Below are positions 26,113-35,604 of a DNA stretch of 64,000 bases, piece by piece. This DNA is from Patescibacteria group bacterium. GTDB taxonomy: Bacteria > Patescibacteriota > Minisyncoccia > Minisyncoccales > RBG-13-36-15. The notes beneath the pieces were generated by a model. The model was not told the DNA's origin. It saw only the letters and a list, made by a program, of their open reading frames with translations, and did not search any database. Both the position numbers and the translations under genes were made by a program. How positions within the stretch are numbered: position 1 is the stretch's first letter; every line of letters starts with the position of its first letter. The stretch covers positions 8,474 to 72,473 of the forward strand of contig JAHCSE010000004.1 in the NCBI GenBank assembly GCA_018609195.1, given 5' to 3'.

Positions 26113-26192
26113 TGTTCCAAACGTGTTTGGGATTTGGAAAATTAGAAAATTCGAATTTGTTTAGGATTTAGATATTAGAATTTAGAATTTTA
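26066..26192. repeat. AT-rich word-palindrome element, copy 1 (rpoB 3' end to rpoC start)
   Basis: Left words aaatccgaaattcgaaatcctaaattcgaaacaaatcctaaa, centre CCAAAC-gt-GTTTGG, right words ttcgaatttgtttaggatttagatattagaatttagaa. Homologous to 60556-60684. Confidence 0.8.
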
Positions 26193-26196
26193 AATT

Positions 26197-29100
26197 ATGC
26201 GTGTAGCTGACCTTGAATCAATAAAAATAAAATTAGCATCCCCAGAAGAAATTTTGTCTTGGTCAAAAGGGGAGGTGACAAAACCTGAGACCATTAATTA
26301 CCGAACCCAGAGGTCAGAAAAGGATGGTTTATTTGATGAGAAAATCTTCGGACCCGTAAAAGATTATGAATGTTATTGTGGGAAGTATCGAAGGATTCGT
26401 TACAAAGGAATAATCTGTGATCGCTGTGGAGTGGAGGTGACAAAGTCTCAAGTGAGAAGAGAAAGGATGGGTCATATAAAATTAGCAGCTCCAGCTTCTC
26501 ATATTTGGTTTTTACGGGGGGTTCCTTCCAGAATAGGAATGGTTTTGGGTATTCCAATGCTCCAACTAGAAAGAGTGATTTATTTTGCAGCCTATATTAT
26601 TACTAAAGTTAACAGAGAAAAAAGGAAGGAAGTTTTACAAGAAATTGAAAGAGAGTACAAACAAAAATTAAGAAGTTTAAAATCTGAGACAAAAAAGAAA
26701 AAATCTTCTTCGACAGACTCCCGCTCCAAAGGAACGAAGCTCGCCTCTCGTGAGGCGGCAGGACGAGTTCCTTCTTTGGAATCAAGAACTCAAGCTCTTC
26801 AGACAGCTAAAGAGAAAGCGAGAGGGGAAGTTTTAGGGTTAGATATCCTAAAAACTCTTTCTGAGGTAGATTATCATAATCTCTCTCTAAAATATGGAGA
26901 AATTTTTGAAGCAGGAACGGGAGCTGAAGTTTTAAGGAAGATCTTTGAAGAGATTGATCTGGCAAAGACCATAGATCCGCTAAAAAAAGAAGCCAAAGAG
27001 GCTTCTTCCCTCAATCAAAGGAAAATTTTAAGAAGATTGCAGTTTCTCCGGGAAATGCTAAAAGCCAAAATTCGACCAGAATGGATGTTTTTAACAATTT
27101 TACCAATTTTACCTCCTGATTTGAGACCTATGGTTCAATTAGATGGGGGAAGATATGCCTCTTCTGATTTAAATGATCTTTATCGCAGGGTGATTAACAG
27201 AAATAACCGGCTCAAATATTTACTAGAAGTTAAAGCTCCTGAGGTTATTGTTAGAAATGAAAAAAGAATGCTGCAAGAAGCAGTTGATGCCTTAATTGAT
27301 AACAGTATGCGAAAAGGGACCACTACCCTAGCTACCACCGGGGGAAGGAGGCTTTTGAAATCGTTAGCTGATATGCTCAAAGGGAAACAAGGGAGATTTA
27401 GGCAGAATCTTTTAGGAAAGAGAGTAGATTATTCTGGAAGATCGGTAATTGTGGTAGGGCCTGAATTGAAATTTAATCAAGTAGGTCTTCCGAAGAAAAT
27501 GGCCCTGGAATTATTCAAACCCATGGTCATTCAAAAAATCTTAGCAAAGGAATTAGCTTATAATGTTCGGGGAGCCTCAAGGTTAATTGAACAAGAAACT
27601 GATGAGGTTTGGGAGAGTTTAGAAGAGGTGGTTAAGGATAAATTGGTCTTGCTCAACCGAGCTCCAACCTTACATCGATTGGGTATTCAGGCTTTCCAAC
27701 CAATCTTAATTGAAGGAGAGGCAATGAGAGTTCACCCTTTAGTTTGTAAGGCCTTTAATGCCGATTTTGATGGCGACCAGATGGCAGTGTATTTACCCCT
27801 ATCTAAAGAAGCTCAAAAGGAAGCTAAAGAGATAATGTTATCAAGTCTTAATTTGTTAAAACCTGCTACCGGTACTCCCATTGTTTCCCCGGAGCAAGAT
27901 ATTGTTTTGGGTTGCTATTGGGTAACTAAAATTAAAGACTACACCGTTCCTGGAGCAATGGGGGAGGGAAAAGTCTTTGGATCTCAAGGTGAAGCTATTT
28001 TAGCCTATGACACAGGCATTATTGATTTGAGAGAAAAAATTAAGGTCAGACTACAATCCATCCACCCACGCACCACCTCCGGTCAGCCCGAAAAATCGGG
28101 AATGATTATAGAAACCTCGGTGGGGAGAATTCTTTTTAACCAAACCTTACCTCTTGAGCTCCCGTTTATTAATGAAGAAATCAATGGAAAGAAGCTAGAG
28201 AAGATAGTGGGTTTGATAATTGGCAAAATAGGGATTGATCTGACCCACATATATTTAGATAAAATTAAAAATTTAGGATTTGAAATGTCTACCAAATCAG
28301 GTATTTCTTGGGGAATGACAGATTTAATTACCCCTCCAGGGAAAGGGAAAATAATTAAAGACGCAGAGAAAGAGATTGAAGTAATAGATAAACATTATAA
28401 AAAAGGGTTATTATCAAGAGATGAAAAAAGAATTCAGGCTATTGAAGTTTGGCAGAGAGCAAAATTAGAAATTGAAAAATTAGTTCCCAAAACTTTGCCT
28501 GAATTGGGGCCAGTGCATTATATTATTTCTTCTGGGGCTAGGGGGTCCTGGGTACAGACTGTGCAGATGGCTGGGATGAAAGGATTGGTGATTAATCCCT
28601 CAGGTCAGATTATTGAGCTACCGGTTAAGAATTCTTACAAGGAAGGATTTAGTATTTTGGAATATTTTATTTCTACCCATGGAGCAAGGAAAGGTACAGC
28701 AGATACCGCCTTGAGAACTTCAACTGCGGGGTATCTGACTCGAAGACTAGTTGACGTTGCTCATGAAATGATAATTAGTGAAGAAGATTGCCGAGATAAA
28801 AAGGGAATGACGATTTTTAGAGAAGATGCTACAGATCTTGGTCAAAATCTCCTTTTTAAGATTTTGGGAAGAATATCTTTACAAAATATAACAGCCAAAC
28901 AGCCAGGCGCAAAAGTTGTAAAGCTAAAGGTTAGAAGGCTGATTGTGAAAGAAGGAGAAATCATCGATTGGGATAAGGCAGATCTCATCTCAAAAGCTGC
29001 AATTGAAAAATTACAAGTTCGCTCTCCTCTTAGTTGCAAAAGTTTACAAGGAATTTGTCAAAAGTGTTATGGTTGGGACTTAGGCTTAAATCAGCTCATT

Positions 29101-29931
29101 AAATTAGGAGAAGCGGTAGGAGTGGTGGCAGCCCAGGCCATTGGAGAACCTGGTACCCAGTTGACGATGAGAACTTTCCATATGGGAGGGGTAGCGGGGG
29201 AAGGAGATATTACTTTAGGATTGCCTCGGGTGGAAGAGATTTTTGAAGCAAGACCTCCGAGTTTGGAAGCTCCGATTTCAGTTGCTGAAGGGAAGGTAAT
29301 TGATATTACTCCAGAAAGAGTGTTGAGAATAAAAATAAAAAATAACCTCCGTGAACTGCGGTTGAAGAAGAAAAAGAATGCAATTTTAGATTATAAAATT
29401 GCGGATAGACAGGCGATATTAGTTAAAAAAGGGGAGGAGGTGAAAAAGGGTCAAACTCTAGCTGAGGGTAATTTAAATTTAAAAGAATTATATAAATTGA
29501 CGGGGGATCACAACACTCAGAGATATATTATTAAAGAGATTCAAAAAATCTATGTTTCTCAAGGAGCAGTTATTCACGATAAACACCTGGAAGTGATAAT
29601 TCGACAGATGTTTTCTCGATTGAGGATTTTAGATCCAGGAGCCACAGATTTTACTGCCGGAGAAATTTTAGGGAAAGCAAAGGTTCTTCAAGAGAACCTC
29701 CGATTAAAAAAAGAGAAAAAAAGAATAATTTCTTTTCAACCAATTCTATTAGGAATTTCTAAGGTAGCTCTGACGACTGATTCATTTTTATCTGCAGCAT
29801 CTTTCCAGGAAACTTCCCGAGTTTTGATTAAAGCTGCAATGGAAGGAAAATCTGATCAATTAAAGGGATTGAAAGAGAATGTTATAATAGGAAAGCTAAT
29901 CCCAGCTGGAACTGGTTTTAAAAAACAGTAG
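26197..29931 (+). CDS. rpoC: DNA-directed RNA polymerase subunit beta'
   Basis: Zn-binding CYCGKYRRIRYKGIICDRCGVEV, catalytic NADFDGDQMAV, trigger-loop and bridge-helix regions. Confidence 0.95.
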   Translation: MRVADLESIKIKLASPEEILSWSKGEVTKPETINYRTQRSEKDGLFDEKIFGPVKDYECYCGKYRRIRYKGIICDRCGVEVTKSQVRRERMGHIKLAAPASHIWFLRGVPSRIGMVLGIPMLQLERVIYFAAYIITKVNREKRKEVLQEIEREYKQKLRSLKSETKKKKSSSTDSRSKGTKLASREAAGRVPSLESRTQALQTAKEKARGEVLGLDILKTLSEVDYHNLSLKYGEIFEAGTGAEVLRKIFEEIDLAKTIDPLKKEAKEASSLNQRKILRRLQFLREMLKAKIRPEWMFLTILPILPPDLRPMVQLDGGRYASSDLNDLYRRVINRNNRLKYLLEVKAPEVIVRNEKRMLQEAVDALIDNSMRKGTTTLATTGGRRLLKSLADMLKGKQGRFRQNLLGKRVDYSGRSVIVVGPELKFNQVGLPKKMALELFKPMVIQKILAKELAYNVRGASRLIEQETDEVWESLEEVVKDKLVLLNRAPTLHRLGIQAFQPILIEGEAMRVHPLVCKAFNADFDGDQMAVYLPLSKEAQKEAKEIMLSSLNLLKPATGTPIVSPEQDIVLGCYWVTKIKDYTVPGAMGEGKVFGSQGEAILAYDTGIIDLREKIKVRLQSIHPRTTSGQPEKSGMIIETSVGRILFNQTLPLELPFINEEINGKKLEKIVGLIIGKIGIDLTHIYLDKIKNLGFEMSTKSGISWGMTDLITPPGKGKIIKDAEKEIEVIDKHYKKGLLSRDEKRIQAIEVWQRAKLEIEKLVPKTLPELGPVHYIISSGARGSWVQTVQMAGMKGLVINPSGQIIELPVKNSYKEGFSILEYFISTHGARKGTADTALRTSTAGYLTRRLVDVAHEMIISEEDCRDKKGMTIFREDATDLGQNLLFKILGRISLQNITAKQPGAKVVKLKVRRLIVKEGEIIDWDKADLISKAAIEKLQVRSPLSCKSLQGICQKCYGWDLGLNQLIKLGEAVGVVAAQAIGEPGTQLTMRTFHMGGVAGEGDITLGLPRVEEIFEARPPSLEAPISVAEGKVIDITPERVLRIKIKNNLRELRLKKKKNAILDYKIADRQAILVKKGEEVKKGQTLAEGNLNLKELYKLTGDHNTQRYIIKEIQKIYVSQGAVIHDKHLEVIIRQMFSRLRILDPGATDFTAGEILGKAKVLQENLRLKKEKKRIISFQPILLGISKVALTTDSFLSAASFQETSRVLIKAAMEGKSDQLKGLKENVIIGKLIPAGTGFKKQ
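26725..26780 (+). repeat. GC-rich palindromic mini-insertion in rpoC
   Basis: TCCAAAGGAAC...GTTCCttcTTTGGA outer stem with CGCCTC-tcgt-GAGGCG inner hairpin. Encodes part of SRSKGTKLASREAAGRVPSLES. Confidence 0.7.
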
Positions 29932-29980
29932 TTTGTATCTGGTAGTTGGTAGGTTAGGATTCAAACTACAAAAAGCAGAA

Positions 29981-32053
29981 GTGGCCAAGAATAAAAGACC
30001 AAAAAACTTAAAAAAAAATCCGGAAGATAAAAAAAATTATTCTCCCTTTTCAGACCAGATAAGATCTCGAATTTTTAGTGTTTTATTTCTCGCTTTTTCT
30101 TTAATTCTGATTTTGAGCTTTTTTGAAAAGGCTGGAATAGGAGGGGAATTTTTACTTAGATTTTTTGGTTTTTTAATTGGGAAAACCACTCTTTTGATTC
30201 CTTTCGTCTTCCTCTTTTTAGCCCTTTTATTTCTTAAAAAAGAATATCGGAAAATATATTTTTTGGGAGCAGCCCTTTTTATTTTAGGAATTGCTGGTTT
30301 TTTATCTTTTTTCAATCAAGAGGCGCAACTAGGAGGGAGCTTAGGATATCTTATAGCCTGGCCTGTATCTTCGCTTTTTGGTTTTTGGGTCAGCCAGATT
30401 ATTTTTTCAGCTTTAATTCTAATCGGAATTTTAATTTTATTTCAATCTTTTTTAATAAGAAGAGAAAAAGAAACTGAAATTAAGAAACCCTCTTTCATAA
30501 AAAAAATTTTTGCCCCCCGTTTTAAAGTTAAAGAAATCCCTCCAGCGACAAAAGAGAAAGAAATTTCTCCAGAGGAAGAAAAGAGTCCTCCGGTGGTGCC
30601 TTTTGAATTGAAGCGCATATCGATTGAAAAAGAACAAAAAGCCTCCTATCTTCTTCCTCCTCTTAATTTGCTGAATGCTGATTCTGGAACTCCAACTTCA
30701 GGGGATATTAAAAATAACTTAGCTATTATCAAAAAAACTTTGCAAAATTTTGGAATTCCAGTTGAAATGAGTGAAGTTCATGTTGGTCCTACTGTTACCC
30801 AATATACTTTAAAACCAGCTGAAGGAGTAAAATTGTCAAAAATTGTCAATCTGGGCAATGATTTGGCGCTGTCCTTAGCCTCTCATCCTATCCGGATTGA
30901 AGCTCCCATCCCTGGCAAGGCTTTGGTGGGAGTTGAAGTACCAAATAAAGTGAGAGCACAAGTTCGAATGAGAAACTTGATAGCTCATCCCGATTTTCAA
31001 AATTCAGTTTCAAATTTGACTTTTGCTTTAGGAAGAGATGTGGCAGGAAGAATGGTCTTTGCAGATTTGGCTAGGATGCCTCACCTTTTGGTAGCAGGTT
31101 CTACTGGCACCGGTAAGACTATTTGTTTGAATAGTTTAATTATTTCCCTTTTGTATCAGAATTCTTCAGAAACTTTGAAATTCATTTTAATTGATCCGAA
31201 AAGAGTAGAATTCCCAGTTTACAATCCTCTTCCCCATCTTTTGACTCCAGTAATATTTGATGTAAACAACACGGTCTTGGTCCTAAAGTGGTTAATAAAT
31301 GAAATGGAAAGAAGATTTGAAGTTTTTTCAGCTAAAAACACCAGAGATATTATCAGCTACAATCAAGTAGTAAAAGAAGAAGGTTCTCCTTTACTTCCGT
31401 ACATTGTTTTGATTATTGATGAATTGGCAGATTTAATGGCAGCTAAGGGGAGAGAGATTGAAGCAGAAATTGTCAGATTAGCCCAGATGGCAAGAGCCGT
31501 AGGAATTCATTTAGTGGTAGCCACTCAGAGGCCTTCGGTTGAGGTTGTGACCGGTTTAATTAAAGCGAACATTACTTCTCGAATTGCCTTCCAGGTGGCT
31601 AGCCAAGTTGATTCGAGAACAGTTTTGGATATGGCAGGAGCTGAGAAACTATTGGGTTTAGGAGATCTTCTCTATACTTCTGCTGAGACAGCTAAACCAA
31701 AAAGGGTTCAGGCAGCCTATATTTCAGAGAAAGAGGTCAAAAAAGTGGTAAATGATCTAAAATCAAAAGGACTTGAGACTCAGAAAATAGAATTTGATGA
31801 GTTGGAGAAGAGCGTTGAGAAAAGTTTCAAAGAAGAACTCGAATTTTTCGGTACTGAGGACCCCTTATATGAAACGGCAAAGAGAGTGGTTAGAGAGGCC
31901 AAAAAGGCATCTGCCTCTCTTTTACAACGAAGATTAAGAATAGGGTATGCCCGAGCAGCCAGATTAATAGATATATTAGAAGATAGGGGGGTGGTAGGAC
32001 CAGGAGAAGGAGCAAAACCAAGGGAGGTGTATATTGAGAGTGAGGAGGAGTAA
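29981..32053 (+). CDS. ftsK: DNA translocase FtsK/SpoIIIE
   Basis: N-terminal TM helices, Walker A GSTGTGKT, Walker B LIIDELADL, C-terminal gamma winged helix (ASASLLQRRLRIGYARAARLIDILEDRGVVG). GTG 29981 is preferred over TTG 29933, which lies in a hairpin. Confidence 0.9.
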   Translation: MAKNKRPKNLKKNPEDKKNYSPFSDQIRSRIFSVLFLAFSLILILSFFEKAGIGGEFLLRFFGFLIGKTTLLIPFVFLFLALLFLKKEYRKIYFLGAALFILGIAGFLSFFNQEAQLGGSLGYLIAWPVSSLFGFWVSQIIFSALILIGILILFQSFLIRREKETEIKKPSFIKKIFAPRFKVKEIPPATKEKEISPEEEKSPPVVPFELKRISIEKEQKASYLLPPLNLLNADSGTPTSGDIKNNLAIIKKTLQNFGIPVEMSEVHVGPTVTQYTLKPAEGVKLSKIVNLGNDLALSLASHPIRIEAPIPGKALVGVEVPNKVRAQVRMRNLIAHPDFQNSVSNLTFALGRDVAGRMVFADLARMPHLLVAGSTGTGKTICLNSLIISLLYQNSSETLKFILIDPKRVEFPVYNPLPHLLTPVIFDVNNTVLVLKWLINEMERRFEVFSAKNTRDIISYNQVVKEEGSPLLPYIVLIIDELADLMAAKGREIEAEIVRLAQMARAVGIHLVVATQRPSVEVVTGLIKANITSRIAFQVASQVDSRTVLDMAGAEKLLGLGDLLYTSAETAKPKRVQAAYISEKEVKKVVNDLKSKGLETQKIEFDELEKSVEKSFKEELEFFGTEDPLYETAKRVVREAKKASASLLQRRLRIGYARAARLIDILEDRGVVGPGEGAKPREVYIESEEE

Positions 32054-32136
32054 TCGCTCGGCAACAAAGTTTTAAATGCGAAGAGATTTAGAAAGGTTAT
32101 TTTAAAGACTTATTGACTCGCTTACTTTATATTTTA

Positions 32137-32164
32137 TTGACATTATTTTCAAAAGGAATATTAT
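32137..32164 (+). promoter_or_regulatory. candidate recA promoter (leaderless geometry)
   Basis: TTGACA (32137-32142), 16 nt, TATTAT (32159-32164). ATG at 32173, 8 nt after the -10. Confidence 0.45.
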
Positions 32165-32172
32165 AAAAAAGT

Positions 32173-33168
32173 ATGGCAAAGAAGAAAGAACAAAAAATCG
32201 AAAAAAAGGATTTGGAAGAGGCAGTGGAGGAAATCAAGCAGCGATTTGGGGAAGGAGCGATTATGAAATTAAAGGAAGTGAGGGCAGTTGATATTGATGT
32301 CATTCCTACCGGTTCCATGTCTCTTGATTTAATCTTAGGCGTAGGAGGGGTTCCTCGAGGCAGGGTAATTGAAATTTATGGCCCTGAGATGACAGGAAAA
32401 ACAACTTTGGCTCTTCATATTTTGGCTGAAGTTCAAAAAAAAGGGGGGATTGGTGCTTTTATTGATGCGGAACATGCCCTAGACCCTGATTATGCTAGGA
32501 AAATTGGAGTTAATGTTGACGATCTTTTAATTTCTCAGCCGGATTCTGGGGAGCAGGCTTTACAAATTGTGGAGACCTTAGTTAGATCCGGTCAAGTTGA
32601 TGCTATTGTTATTGATTCGGTGGCAGCACTAGCTCCTAAAGCAGAAATTGCCGGTGAAATGGGAGAATTTCAGATCGGGCTTCAGGCTCGATTGATGTCT
32701 TCCGCTTTGAGAAAGCTTTCCGGTATTGTTGCCAAAACAAAGACGTCAATTATCTTTTTGAATCAAACCAGAATGAAAATAGGAGTTCGTTTTGGCAATC
32801 CAGAGACTACTCCCGGAGGTTTGGCCCTTAAATTTTACGCCTCAGTGAGAATTGATTTGAGACGGATAGCCCAGATCAAATCTGGTGATGAAATTGTGGG
32901 ATCCAGAATTAAAGCAAAAATTGTAAAGAGTAAGGTAGCGGCCCCTTTCAAGACTGCTGAATTTGATATTTACTATAACGAAGGAATTTCCTATTTTGGC
33001 GATATTTTAAATTTAGCTTTGAAACAAGAGATTGTTAAAAGATCTGGTAGTTGGTTTCAATATGAAAATACAAAATTGGGCCAAGGAATGGAAGCAAGTA
33101 AAAATTTTTTAAAAGAGAATCCAGAAATAGGGGAGAAGATAAAACAGGTAATTATATCTAGTAGCTAG
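32173..33168 (+). CDS. recA: recombinase RecA
   Basis: 331 aa. Walker [14 protein letters not shown]1/L2 loop regions, [23 protein letters not shown]. Confidence 0.95.
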   Translation: MAKKKEQKIEKKDLEEAVEEIKQRFGEGAIMKLKEVRAVDIDVIPTGSMSLDLILGVGGVPRGRVIEIYGPEMTGKTTLALHILAEVQKKGGIGAFIDAEHALDPDYARKIGVNVDDLLISQPDSGEQALQIVETLVRSGQVDAIVIDSVAALAPKAEIAGEMGEFQIGLQARLMSSALRKLSGIVAKTKTSIIFLNQTRMKIGVRFGNPETTPGGLALKFYASVRIDLRRIAQIKSGDEIVGSRIKAKIVKSKVAAPFKTAEFDIYYNEGISYFGDILNLALKQEIVKRSGSWFQYENTKLGQGMEASKNFLKENPEIGEKIKQVIISSS

Positions 33169-33207
33169 ACGATTTTTTTAGTTAGAGTTAAATAACTTAT
33201 TAAATAT

Positions 33208-33238
33208 ACAAAAACTGCTTTTAAAAGCAGTTTTTGTT
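33208..33238. terminator. bidirectional terminator between convergent recA and rpsR
   Basis: ACAAAAACTGC-ttttaaaa-GCAGTTTTTGT, A/T-flanked on both sides. Confidence 0.75.
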
Positions 33239-33293
33239 GTCTTTATTTCTTAAATGCCCACTGTTTTCACACACAGCAAGCTACCCAAACTAC

Positions 33294-33491
33294 TTATTTA
33301 GTAATATATGGAAGTAATCCAAGATAACGAGCCCTCTTTATTGCTCGAGCTAATTTTCTTTGATGAAAAGAACAGACCCCAGTTCTTTTTTTAGCTCTAA
33401 TTTTAGCTAAACCGGAAATAAATCTTCCTAAAAGTCTCGTATCTTTGAAATCGATTTCCTCTATACTCTTTTGGCAAAAATAACACTCCAT
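33294..33491 (-). CDS. rpsR: 30S ribosomal protein S18
   Basis: CYFCQKSIEEIDFKD...FISGLAKIRAKKRTGVCSFHQRKLARAIKRARYLGLLPY. ATG 33491 (MECYFC) is preferred; the track start at 33542 extends into a palindromic spacer. Confidence 0.85.
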   Translation of the reverse strand: MECYFCQKSIEEIDFKDTRLLGRFISGLAKIRAKKRTGVCSFHQRKLARAIKRARYLGLLPYITK

Positions 33492-33612
33492 CCTTCGCTC
33501 CTCCCTTCGCTCGGAGCTACGGATGGCAAGCCATCCTTTCAATCCTTATAGCTCTTTACTTTATAAGGAGCGAAGGATGTCCTCCGTAGTTTTAGCGAAG
33601 GAGGGCAGATAA
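33491..33612. repeat. GC-rich palindromic element in the ssb-rpsR spacer
   Basis: TCCTTCGCTCC / GGAGCGAAGGA, CCCTTCGCT / AGCGAAGGAGGG, CTACGGA / TCCGTAG, and hairpin GGATGG-caag-CCATCC. Shares CCTTCGCTCG with 62281-62290. Confidence 0.7.
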
Positions 33613-33616
33613 TATT

Positions 33617-34075
<459 letters not shown>

Positions 34076-34462
34076 TTATTCCCCTAATATTTCTTCGATT
34101 TTTTTCTCTATCTCCTCTAAAGCTACTTTTTCTTCTTTTTTTATTTTTGGTATTTTTGGCAACTCCATTTTTCTTGGTAGTTTTTTAGTTAAAATAAGGG
34201 AGCGGAGAATTTGATCATCAGAATCGATTTTTTTTGTTAGGTTTTCTATTTTTTCAGGTTCAAAATAAAAATTTAGACTGGTTAAGGAACCTTCAGACTC
34301 TTTTTTAATTTGATAAGCCAATTTTCTCCTTTTGGGATTTTTAATCTCGTCTAAAATTCCCCCCCCCTTTTTTATCAAATCAATTATCGTTTCTGAAAAT
34401 TCTTGTGCCTCCATTGTAGTTAATTTTGGAGAAATGAAATAAACAAGTTCGTAAAATTTCAT
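34076..34462 (-). CDS. rpsF: 30S ribosomal protein S6
   Basis: MKFYELVYFISP... is a typical S6 N-terminus. ATG 34462 is preferred, which avoids overlap with ychF. rpsF-ssb-rpsR order. Confidence 0.8.
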   Translation of the reverse strand: MKFYELVYFISPKLTTMEAQEFSETIIDLIKKGGGILDEIKNPKRRKLAYQIKKESEGSLTSLNFYFEPEKIENLTKKIDSDDQILRSLILTKKLPRKMELPKIPKIKKEEKVALEEIEKKIEEILGE

Positions 34463-34472
34463 CTTTGTAAAA

Positions 34473-35540
34473 TTATATCTTAAACTCAATTACATCCCCG
34501 TCTTCCACAACATGATCTTTCCCTACTATTTTTAGCCATCCCAGTTCCCGGGTTCTTGGCCAAGCCGCCCCTGGCGAGCCTCGCCCTTCGAGGCGGGAAC
34601 CCGCCTCTATTAATTTGTCCCAACTAATTACTTCAGCCTTTATGAATTTTCCCTCAAAGTCAGAATGGACTTTTCCCCCTGCTTCTGGGGCCCTGCTTCC
34701 TTTCATTACAGTCCAAGCTCTTGTTTCTTTTCCCCCAGCTATCGTATAAAAAGTAATGAGGTCAAGAATATCGTAGCATTTTAAAATAAGCTGGTCAAGG
34801 GAACTTGAAATTTCAAGCTCTTTTAATTCTGAAGGATTTAATTCAGAGATTTCCTCTTCTATTTTGAGATTAAGGGGAATGAAATTTTCTCCTTTAAATT
34901 CAACATTCTTTTGATTAATATTTAAGACCAACACTTTTGGTTTTGCAGTTAAAAATTGGTATTCTTGAATTTCTGATTTTTCTTCTTCGGTTAAATCAAG
35001 ATCTGCAATTAACTTTCCTTCAGATACCGAAGCTTTAATTTTTTCGAAGATACCGATTTTTTTTAAAGCAATTTTACTTGAGGATTTGGCATCTTTTTCA
35101 AGTTTTTTTATTAAATTTTCTAATGTTTCTAAATCCTTCATTAAAAGTTCAACCTTTATTATCTCAATTTCTTTTTCTGGATTAATCTCTCCAAGAACAT
35201 TTTCAACTTCAGGATCGTTAAAGGTTCTCACCACCTCTAAAATGGCATCACAATTTCTGATATGGGCCAAAAATTGATTTCCTAGACCCTCTCCTTTGTG
35301 AGCTCCTTTCACTAAACCTGCAATATCAATAAATTCAATAACAGTGGGAGTGACCTTCTCCGGTTTAATAATTTCAGCAATTTTTTCTAATCTTTCATCA
35401 GGGACAATAACTACTCCAACATTAGGATGGATAGTAGTGAAAGGGTAGGCAGCAATATCAATTTTCTTTTTGGTTAAAGCTTTAAATAAAGTTGATTTGC
35501 CGACATTAGGTAAACCGACAATACCTATTGAAAAACTCAT
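34473..35540 (-). CDS. ychF: ribosome-binding ATPase YchF
   Basis: 355 aa. G1 GLPNVGKSTLFKALT, DIAGLVKGAHKGEGLGNQFL, C-terminal TGS-like VVEDGDVIEFKI. Confidence 0.9.
   Translation of the reverse strand: MSFSIGIVGLPNVGKSTLFKALTKKKIDIAAYPFTTIHPNVGVVIVPDERLEKIAEIIKPEKVTPTVIEFIDIAGLVKGAHKGEGLGNQFLAHIRNCDAILEVVRTFNDPEVENVLGEINPEKEIEIIKVELLMKDLETLENLIKKLEKDAKSSSKIALKKIGIFEKIKASVSEGKLIADLDLTEEEKSEIQEYQFLTAKPKVLVLNINQKNVEFKGENFIPLNLKIEEEISELNPSELKELEISSSLDQLILKCYDILDLITFYTIAGGKETRAWTVMKGSRAPEAGGKVHSDFEGKFIKAEVISWDKLIEAGSRLEGRGSPGAAWPRTRELGWLKIVGKDHVVEDGDVIEFKI
34548..34604 (-). repeat. GC-rich nested-palindrome mini-insertion in ychF (57 nt, encodes about RLEGRGSPGAAWPRTRE)
   Basis: CGGGTTC...GAACCCG, TTGGCCAA, CCGCC...GGCGG, GGCGAG-c-CTCGCC. 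Contains the exact 22-mer shared with ligA. Confidence 0.8.
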
Positions 35541-35604
35541 AATAAAACATTATATTAAATTTAGACAACAGTCAATTGTTATATTAAAATTTTAATTACC
35601 TAAG

